Positions 45,192 to 53,504 of a DNA stretch of 53,504 bases are shown here, piece by piece (position 1 is the first letter of the stretch; the number at the start of each line of letters is the position of its first letter). The stretch spans positions 589,967 to 643,470 of the forward strand of contig ML992514.1 of the NCBI GenBank assembly GCA_010093995.1, given 5' to 3'. The stretch is from Elsinoe ampelina (lineage: Eukaryota). The notes under the pieces are model-generated. The model saw only the letters and a program-made list of their open reading frames with translations, was not told where the DNA came from and did not search any database. A program made the position numbers and the translations under genes.

Positions 45192-46193
45192 CTACTTAAA
45201 AACCACCGTCTTGCTCCCATTCAACAACACCCTCCTCTCCGCCGTCCACTTGACCGCCGCCGCCAACACCTGACTCTCGACATTACTCCCCTCCTGCGTA
45301 AGTTCCTTCGGACTCATCCCATGATCCACCCTCGCGACCCTCTGCTCAATAATCGGACCCTCATCCAAATCCTTGGTGACAAAATGCGCCGTGGCCCCGA
45401 TAATCTTCACCCCCCTCTCATACGCCTGATGATACGGTTTCGCCCCCTTGAAACTCGGCAGGAACGAATGGTGGATATTGATGATCCGCCCGGACATGAC
45501 CTCGCACAGTTTCGGGGACAAGACCTGCATGTAGCGCGCCAGCACCACGAGGTCGATGTCGTGGCGCGAGATGAGGTCGAGGATTTGGGATTCTTGCTGG
45601 GTTTTGGTCTCGGGTGTCACGGGGAGGTGGTAGAAGGGGATGCGGTACTGGGAGGCCAGGGGTTGGTAGTCTGGGTGGTTGGAGACGATGACGGGGATGT
45701 CGATGGGGAGTTGGGAGGTGGATTGGCGGAATAAGAGGTCGTTGAGGCAGTGGCCGATTTTGGAGACCATGATGAGCACCCGGGGTTTTTGGGAGACGGG
45801 GTGGATGGTGTAGTCGGCGGGGGACCAGGAGAGCTTTTGGGCGAGGGCGGAGAAGTCTTCTTTGATTTGCTCGGTTGAGAGATTGGTTTCTTCGCCTTTG
45901 ATGTCGCCGAAGTGGACTCGCATGAAGAATCTTGAGGCTGTGGGATCGCTGTATTGTTGTGAGTCGAGGACGTTGAGGTTTCGCTCGGCTAGGAGACCGG
46001 TCACTGCGTGGACGATGCCTGGTCTGTCCGAGCAGGAGAGGGTGAGAATGTGGTCGACAGGCATGGCGGAGGCGTAGGTTCTCCTGAACGAGGCTGCGTG
46101 TGAGGTATTCCAACACGACTGGCGAGATGTACTGGCGAGGAGTGATGATCCAAGTTGGCTGGTTACCCTAATAGATGCCAATACTGGTCTCAT
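45192..46193 (-). CDS. purU: Formyltetrahydrofolate deformylase (PurU-type); alternative start at 46064
   Basis: ACT domain ILTLSCSDRPGIVHAVT, VLIMVSKIGHCLNDLL, VVLARYMQVLS, IINIHHSFLPSFKGAKPYHQAYERGVKIIGATAHFVT.DLDEGPIIEQ. Confidence 0.93.
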   Translation of the reverse strand: MRPVLASIRVTSQLGSSLLASTSRQSCWNTSHAASFRRTYASAMPVDHILTLSCSDRPGIVHAVTGLLAERNLNVLDSQQYSDPTASRFFMRVHFGDIKGEETNLSTEQIKEDFSALAQKLSWSPADYTIHPVSQKPRVLIMVSKIGHCLNDLLFRQSTSQLPIDIPVIVSNHPDYQPLASQYRIPFYHLPVTPETKTQQESQILDLISRHDIDLVVLARYMQVLSPKLCEVMSGRIINIHHSFLPSFKGAKPYHQAYERGVKIIGATAHFVTKDLDEGPIIEQRVARVDHGMSPKELTQEGSNVESQVLAAAVKWTAERRVLLNGSKTVVFK

Positions 46194-46422
46194 GATATTT
46201 GACACGAATGATACTGCTGTCGCAAGGAAAAGGCGGTTGATATAAAACCGCCACAAAAATCATCGCGATGTCGGACCGGCTTCGGCTTTGACGCGTTTGA
46301 AACGCTTCACGTTGCAGACTCCATCAGAGCACACTTGTTCATGCTCGACACTATACATAGATTGAAGAAGTAGGATCTGGTAATTATCAACAGCTCCTTC
46401 TCATTGCAGATCGCCTCTGGTA

Positions 46423-47718
46423 TCAATCCCACTCTGACCTCAACCCATCCACCCCCACCGGCACCTCCGCCAGCGTCGTGATGCGGAACCCCTGCCTCAA
46501 CCCTTCCCCCTCATCACTAACATCATAATCAGATATCGCCGTATGGGCAGTCACTCTATTATCTCACAACGCAACCGTCCTATCATCCCACTTGACTCTC
46601 GCCTGGATATCCTGACTCTGCGAAATATGCTATACCCCGTCAGCCTGGCCCTCGCTCTCCTTCATCGCAACTCACCTTGAACAACAACTGCAGAATCGCA
46701 TCCGACTCCTCGTCCTTCAACCCCACAATCCTCCTTGTAAACCCAGGATTGACGAACAGCACCTTCTCCTTCGTAACAGGATGCACCCTGATAATAGGAT
46801 GGTAACTCCTCACCGGCTCCCGACGAACGAAATGCCCATCCTTGCGTGCAGTCTCCGCCTGTCTGAACCCTTCATGCTCAGCTCTCAGGCCTTGCAGCCA
46901 CAGCTTCAACGGCTCGGACAAGCGATCATACGCTGCTGCTTGCGAGGTCCAGCCCGTGTCGCCGCCTGTCTCGGGGACTTGCACGAGCGTAAGCAAGGTG
47001 ATGCCCGGCGTTTGGTGCTCGTAGGACACGTCGGAGTGGTACCCTGTTGTGGTGAGTTTGCTGGTGCTGCGGCCGAGGCGGTAGAGGTTATCTTTGCCGA
47101 GGTAGATGGAGTGGAATTCGATGTGGTCTTTGACGTGGGCGCCGGTGGGCTGGGAGGAGGTGAGTTTGGTTTCTCGTTCGTGGGTGGTGAGGGATGGCAA
47201 GGGAACGTACGTGCACGTGGAGTTTGCCAAAGTACTCCCCGAAGGCTTTCTGCTTCTCGGGACCGATGTCTTTGAAGTCTTGATCGCGGAAGACTACGAC
47301 GCCGCGCTCGGCAGTCAGGAGTGCGAGCTCGCTCTTCTGCTCGTCGGTGAGTTGGGAGAGTTGCAGACCTGTGATCTCGGTGCCGATGCGTGGGGTGAGC
47401 TTCGTGACCTTGAGGTCGGGAAGGCCCTTGTTGAGAAGGTTGGGCTTGGTCTTGTCTGCAGCGTGGCCGCGGTCGTGGAACTCAAACGGCTCGGTAGGTG
47501 GGAACTTGGTGGTGGTGTCGTAGACGGGAAGGTAGGCGGCGTATTTGGACTGGCGCAGTGATATTAGTGGGTGTGCTGGTCGGAAGGGTCTCGAAGGGCA
47601 GTATCAGGGAGTGCTCAGAGCTTACCTGGTTGTGGACAGTATCATCGTAAGCTACGGCAAGCTGAATGGGTTGCCCCGTGGCATCGTTGGACTCGATGGT
47701 CTGGGTGATAGTGGCCAT
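46423..47718 (-). pseudogene. TauD/JLP1-like Fe(II)/2-oxoglutarate sulfonate dioxygenase with in-frame TGA at 46564-46566
   Basis: Four exons: LTPRIGTEI, AERGVVVFRDQ, YHSDVSYE (HxD), GGDTGW, HPIIRVHPVT...LFVNPGFT, then RVKWDDRTVAL*DNRVTAHTA, where the family motif is WDNR; true stop TGA at 46423-46425. Confidence 0.88.
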
Positions 47719-48370
47719 GTTGTGGGAGAGGTTGTAACAAAGTATGCCTGCTCATAAAGCGAGATCGCGACGGGTTCCATACTTATATCCTTCTGGTATG
47801 TTTATACTTACTCTCTTGCTCTTGCTGTCCAATGTGCGATCTGTTCTGATAGCACTTTGCCCAAAGCACGACATCCCAGCCCCGCATTGCACGCAATGAC
47901 TTTCCAAGAATACGCAACCTTTCAGATCCACGTACGAGTGGATGATTTGACATTGTTCCTGCATGAAGAACCATGTAGGTCATCAAGTAATCGGATAAGT
48001 CGGCTTATGGTTCGGCTTGGTAGGTCTTGCACCCCCTCCTACCAGACCTCTCTGGCAGATCTGCGTGGGATTGGTCCACACATCTTAGAAGCGTGAATGG
48101 AAGACTATTATCCTAGCATGATCCGATTGGATACCTTGGAGCAGAGATATCGGGTGAATTATTGCTACTGTAGTGGTGGTATATTCTTGGTAGATGTTGA
48201 CATTGTAGGATGCAGCACGGCACTGTTGGCTTGCTCCGCTGTTGAGCTGTCATGCGAGGCAATGCCCAACAAAGGAAGCACGTATCAGCTCCGAGGAAAA
48301 TACCCAGAATCATGAAATAGCCACTGAAAAGCACAGGGTATCAGATTATCTACAAAATTTTGGCCGCGAT

Positions 48371-50173
48371 TCATGCTGCTGGTATCGCATCCAAGGCTTT
48401 CTCGAAAATGTGCTTGAGATCAGCCTCATCTTCCAATCCAACACTGAACCTCACCAGATTGGCTTCACAACCATATTGTGCAGCCCACTCCAGCTCTCCG
48501 TAATGCGCAAGTAATACAAATGGACTGGCGAGAGTGAAATTTGTGCCCAGACTCGGGCCCTTGGCCGTATCAAGTGTATCATAGAATGCTATTGCGTCGT
48601 CGATGCTGTGGAAGGTGCAGCTGAGGAGACCACCATATCCACCGTCAGGTAGCTTGTAGTCGTCGTAGTACTGCCGGGTAGGAGAGGTCTTCGGATAGTT
48701 GACCTGCTTGATTCTTGGGTGGGCCGAGAGCATATCGCTGATGAGCTCGGCATTGGTATTAATTCGAGCAATGCGGGACACAAAGTCACGACTGTTGCGT
48801 TCAAGGAAGATGGAATCCTCTGCAAAGAGATTGTCCTCAAATTCCTCAGCAAGGACGGACTGAATCTGCTTGTAGTAGCGACCAGAAGGATTGAGGATAG
48901 CTGCACCGCCCATAACGTTGCAGTCGCCAGAGAAGATCTTGGTCAGAGAGGAGACAATGATATCGGCGTCGGGTAAGACATTGATGTTGCAGATGTTACC
49001 AATCGTCTCGTCGATCATGACGGCAAAGTCGTATTTGTCGGCGAGGCGTCGTATCCGCTTGAGGTCGGGTGATTTGAGAAGAGGGTTGCCAGGGAACTCC
49101 GTGACGAGGCACAAGAATCGTTCTCCTCCTTCTAGCCGTGATTCAAGGTCGTCCAAGTCTTCAGTTGACGCGTGACCGTAGAACTGCACACCCGATCCCC
49201 ACTTCTCTAGAATCTTGAGCGTATCGACATAGGGGAAACCGAACATGACGCTCTTCATCTCTCCCCGGGCAACTCGTAGAATTCTGTGCATCTGGAAGAT
49301 TGAATTCATCCCGCATGGGTAGAGAAGGACGTCGTCGACCGAGAAGCCATCGGTATGACGTACCCTCTCAATTTCCTCAGGTTGCTGTAGAGCATCGTGC
49401 AGGTCCATATCTTTTGACAGCACTCCTGCAATACGTCGTCGTGTGGCTAGCTTCGCCTGCTCAGCGAAACCCACGTTCAGATTTCTGCCAAATCGCTCTT
49501 CCACAAAACGTGCTGGATCCAGCTCTTCCGTGTTGGTATGCCCGTTCGTTGAGTGACCATTGGTATGTGGTTCCGACTCTTGTATACCACTAATTGAAAC
49601 CTGTCTCTGGTATCGCCTGGGTCCTTTCTTCAATCGAGGTGCTTCTTCAATTGTGCTCTTCTCCACCATGGTCCCTTCGGCCAAAGCTTTCTCACAGAAC
49701 TCGGCACGGCGACTGGAAACGCCTTCGCCTGTATGCTGCCAGAAGGATTTTGCGAGGGGCCATAACTCTTTCGGGTATAGTACTGCGTAGATCCTGGGTA
49801 GGACATATGGGCTGTCGGGTGGTGACTTGGTAGGACATGGTACAAACTCTAGCACACGAAGCGCATGGGCGTGTGAAGCCTCACGGGAAGCTAGAAAGTC
49901 GACGCATCGTTGCGCGGTCGCCCTGGTAGGGAAAAGCATGGCCTTGTCATCTTGACGACCATATTTGGCGACGATTGTGGTTGCAAATCGGTCAATGCTC
50001 CGGTGAATGAAGAAGCGTGGATAGCCAGTCTTCATACGCTCGACCACCCATTTCTGCCCTTCTTCATAGCCCACATTGGATTTCCAAGTAGGCAGAGAGA
50101 CGGAGACGGCATGTGGCGTGTCGGCCGGAATGGACTCTCCAATGTTTTCGTTGGGGGAGAGAGTATCGAGCAT
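48371..50173 (-). CDS. STR2: Cystathionine gamma-synthase
   Basis: TPHAVSVSLPTW..NVGYEEG, GYPRFFIH, GEGVSSRRAE, FGFPYVDTLKIL, EFPGNPLL, SSLTKIFSG (PLP Lys), KGPSLGTNFTL, LAHY; intronless 600 aa. Confidence 0.93.
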   Translation of the reverse strand: MLDTLSPNENIGESIPADTPHAVSVSLPTWKSNVGYEEGQKWVVERMKTGYPRFFIHRSIDRFATTIVAKYGRQDDKAMLFPTRATAQRCVDFLASREASHAHALRVLEFVPCPTKSPPDSPYVLPRIYAVLYPKELWPLAKSFWQHTGEGVSSRRAEFCEKALAEGTMVEKSTIEEAPRLKKGPRRYQRQVSISGIQESEPHTNGHSTNGHTNTEELDPARFVEERFGRNLNVGFAEQAKLATRRRIAGVLSKDMDLHDALQQPEEIERVRHTDGFSVDDVLLYPCGMNSIFQMHRILRVARGEMKSVMFGFPYVDTLKILEKWGSGVQFYGHASTEDLDDLESRLEGGERFLCLVTEFPGNPLLKSPDLKRIRRLADKYDFAVMIDETIGNICNINVLPDADIIVSSLTKIFSGDCNVMGGAAILNPSGRYYKQIQSVLAEEFEDNLFAEDSIFLERNSRDFVSRIARINTNAELISDMLSAHPRIKQVNYPKTSPTRQYYDDYKLPDGGYGGLLSCTFHSIDDAIAFYDTLDTAKGPSLGTNFTLASPFVLLAHYGELEWAAQYGCEANLVRFSVGLEDEADLKHIFEKALDAIPAA

Positions 50174-51259
50174 ATCGGACAGGCCGGTATCAGAGCAAAT
50201 GACTGAGACGTTTACGAATCAATCGGAGCTTTGTATGCGTATGTCAACATGGAGCACAAGAGTGTTTGTCACGGCGAGAAACTTTTGGTGTATGCAGCGG
50301 TATCGGACTTTGAAGTCGGGATTGGAGTCATTTCGTCACGGCAAAAACTGCTTCTCCCCGCACCACGAGACTTTTCAGTTTTCACCCACACCTCGACGCG
50401 CACCGCAGATCCGGCTGCTCTACCGACCATGAAAAGCACATGGCAGTATCATGACAGCAAATAACCGCCTCAATCATGTTTGCGACCGGAGACTCCGTTT
50501 GCTATGCAGCTTATCGTGGCTAGACCATCTGGAAGCCCAGAATAGACCTCAACTCGACAATTCAGCCGATGATGAATACCTTACTCTGACAAGCGATGTG
50601 TTCCAGACGGAATCGCCGGTCGTGCATGTCGGCGCCGTGTTGTTCTGCGAGTGGAGAAAACGTCCTCGCAGGGGTATCATTGCTGGCGCTGAGCGCACGT
50701 GCAGGACACACGAGATGCTGGGCATGACGGTGTAGAGTCAAGTCAATACAGTACTACCAGTGCATCTGGTCGGGACCACCTGGATGCTGCAAGCGGATCC
50801 TTCGTGAGGACCATTTGTTCAGAAGTGACATGATGGCGTGTATCATCCCAGCTGAAGTTTCGAATAAGATCGAAGCAAGCAGGAATGGTATTGCATGAGG
50901 ATAACGTGGCACCTCATATGCAAGCCGTATCAATGTCTCAGTCAGCCATCCCGACAGTGTGGATACTTGGGCCATCCTGAAAGGGAGTGTCGATGAGCTT
51001 CTGGCCCAAACGAGATCGGCAGGACCGAAGTAGAAACACTCTTTGACCCAAAAGATATGCTTGACCCGCTGAACATGTATGTCCTCCCAGGAGACATGGT
51101 TTGTGGTTGAAATGATGCAAGTGGATGGCGGCTCATTTGACTTGCAAGAAGCCACAACGGCCCGAGCAGGTGTTGTAACTAGCAAATCGGATCGAGAGAC
51201 GTGTGTTTCATTCAGAGAGTTACAATAACCGATTTATCTACTGTGCGTGCGCTGACTTA

Positions 51260-53504
51260 TCAGTACCAGTTCTTTAGTACCAGAGAAGCTGTACTAGCCT
51301 TCTATTACAACACTCCCCCTCTAGTATAGATTACTAAAGCTAGAGAACTGTCCTGTTATATATAAGTAAAGTAATTAGCTTATTACTTTATCTCTTTATA
51401 ATTGCTTGTAATTGTTAGTGTTAGCTAATNNNNNNNNNNNNNNNNNNNNNNNNNNNNNNNNNNNNNNNNNNNNNNNNNNNNNNNNNNNNNNNNNNNNNNN
51501 NNNNNNNNNNNNNNNNNNNNNNNNNNNNNNNNNNNNNNNNNNNNNNNNNNNNNNNNNNNNNNNNNNNNNNNNNNNNNNNNNNNNNNNNNNNNNNNNNNNN
51601 NNNNNNNNNNNNNNNNNNNNNNNNNNNNNNNNNNNNNNNNNNNNNNNNNNNNNNNNNNNNNNNNNNNNNNNNNNNNNNNNNNNNNNNNNNNNNNNNNNNN
51701 NNNNNNNNNNNNNNNNNNNNNNNNNNNNNTAGTAACAGCTAGGCATTAGTAGTATTACTACTAGTGCTAGTGCTCTAAGTAGTCTACTAGGTAGTAGAGG
51801 TAGTAGTAAGAAGAGAAATCCTCTATTAAGGTTACCTAGTACTTCTAATGTTAATTATAATACTACTATAAGACTAATTACTTATCTTAATACTCTTAGT
51901 AAGTAGCTATAAAGCATTAATAGCATAAGCTAACATTAATAGCCTAATTAACTTAGACTTTAACTTAATAGTTAGCCAATATAATCTAGAATACTCTTCT
52001 TAGGCTTAGGATAATTAGTTATTATAACTATACTAACTTATATCCTATCTAGAGGTCTATAGTAGTCTAGGCCTTTAGTACCTATAGTGTACACCTAGTA
52101 GTTACTAATCCTATTCTAGTTAAGAATCTAACTAAGCAAGTTAACCTTACTAGATCTACTAACTACTTTACTACTTTAATAGCTTCTAGTGCTACTAGTA
52201 GAGTAGTCTACTATAGCACTAATTGCTATACTAAGTGTTAGAGATCTAACTCTAGCAATAATTAGAGCAAGGGTAAGGGTAGTAAGTTTAGTAAGTGTAT
52301 TACTTTGCCTAGTTAGCTTAATAAGGCCTATACTTGCTATGCTTATAGCAACTAATATGCTAGATGTTCCTTAGCTAACTATACTCTAACTCTAAGGCCT
52401 ATTAGCTTTCCTAAACCTATAAGGACCCCGAGTAGCTTAAGGGTTATTACCTAGCCTATTCTATATAGCCTAATACACCTACTAATAGAGCTCCTAAGGT
52501 CTATCTCTTTTAGTAGTACTTTGCCTTAGAGGTTCTTACTAAGGGCCTATATACTAGGGGCATTATTAGGTATAGTTAACACCTTAATAACTTATACTAA
52601 CTCTTGCTACTTTATAGTAGTCCCTATAAACTTTGTAGATCCTACTAACCTAACTACTACTAAAGTTTATAACTTAGCTACTATAGTAATAAACTATATA
52701 GTAGAGCTTACAAGGATTATAACTACTAGCTACCCTAGTTAGCTTCCTCCTATTTATGCCTTTACACTAGGCCTAGCACTAATAAGGCATAGTAGGTCTA
52801 GATCTAACACTTCTATAAGGTCTACTAGTAGTAATAAGGAAAGAGGTTCTCCTTCTATAAAGAAGTAATTAGAGGTAAGGGATAGGTAGGGGTTATTAAA
52901 GGTAATAATAGTACTAAGTAGTAGATATAGCTTAGGTATAAGTAGCTAGTAATAGAGTTATAATAGCTTTTCCTTTCTCTCTTCTTAATAATAAAATAAT
53001 TTACTTTAAGCTTTAGACAAATAAGATAGCTTAATAAGTAGTAGTAGCATAAATAATATACTTAAAATAATAATATATATAAAATTCAAATAAGTGTATA
53101 GTATAGATATATACTAAGTAATTAGCCTTTACTAATTAATTAAGAATCTTATTAGGAGACTTAGGCTTTATAAGTACATTAGCTAATTACTAAGTTATAT
53201 TAATATACTTAAGCTTAATTACTCTAAGTTTATACTACTCTCTATAGTAATAATTCCTTAAATTAATATACTTAGATCTTCTTAAATTAGTATAATCTCT
53301 TATAAGTTTAATAGCTAACTTATTATTAACAAAGACTATAGTTAAGCTAAGGTAAATATTAGTAAGTAGCCTAAGTTTAATAATAAGATTTCTTAACTAA
53401 TTAATCTTTCTATAGGTCTTAGTAAGGGTAAGGTATTTAGCCTTAGTACTTAATAACATAATAATCTTCTATAGCCTTAACTTCTAAATAACTAGTGTAC
53501 TAAG
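51260..53504. mobile_element. RIP-degraded repetitive DNA of unidentified family, interrupted by an assembly gap and running off the window end
   Basis: Abrupt change to very AT-rich, TpA-rich, CpA/TpG-poor sequence like the interior of the 4067-7476 element; I could not read diagnostic motifs or termini. Confidence 0.65.
51430..51729. other. Assembly gap (about 300 N)
   Basis: Run of N characters. Confidence 0.99.

Noticed and set aside
29375..46566. Genome-wide stop-codon reassignment explaining the two internal stops
   Set aside because: TAG and TGA both serve as normal terminators in this window (e.g. PHO84 and CWH43 end in TAG; GST and AsnRS end in TGA), and Trp is otherwise encoded by TGG.
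50451..51185. ORFs between STR2 and the RIPped block
   Set aside because: No recognisable domain or codon bias; cannot be supported as genes.
51396..51746. ORF-track entries across the N run
   Set aside because: Artefacts of translating the assembly gap.
1..53504. tRNA, rRNA or other structured RNA genes; secondary-metabolite cluster
   Set aside because: None seen by eye, and no PKS/NRPS/terpene backbone gene is present; tRNAscan-SE and Infernal would be needed to exclude small RNAs.

Overview
Intron-rich filamentous ascomycete (Pezizomycotina) genomic DNA; a Dothideomycete origin is my inference only. The window holds about 21 protein-coding loci. Most are conserved housekeeping genes: GST, HNH-type protein, Vcx1-like Ca2+/H+ exchanger, metacaspase, dienelactone hydrolase/SnoaL, ASPM-like CH/IQ protein, CWH43, mitochondrial AsnRS, mitoferrin, PDAP1-like, App1-like phosphatase, GH43, POM152, UCH, PHO84, PurU, TauD-type dioxygenase and cystathionine gamma-synthase. 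There are two AT-rich, RIP-mutated blocks. One is a complete 3.4 kb Tc1-like (DD34E) transposon with 40-bp TIRs, a TA duplication and an apparent second cargo ORF. The other is an unidentified block spanning an assembly gap at the right end. The most notable observations are: (i) two otherwise intact genes (App1-like, TauD-like) that each carry one in-frame stop where Trp is expected; (ii) the cargo ORF inside the transposon; (iii) a ~1 kb degenerate 21-bp (heptad-period) array with no intact ORF; (iv) recurrent sharp C-rich to G-rich strand-skew switches with G4-type arms; (v) GAG 3' splice sites; (vi) an orphaned 3' fragment of an MFS gene right behind PHO84. Exon boundaries and family calls were read by eye without database searches. 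I found no clear new multi-gene system.
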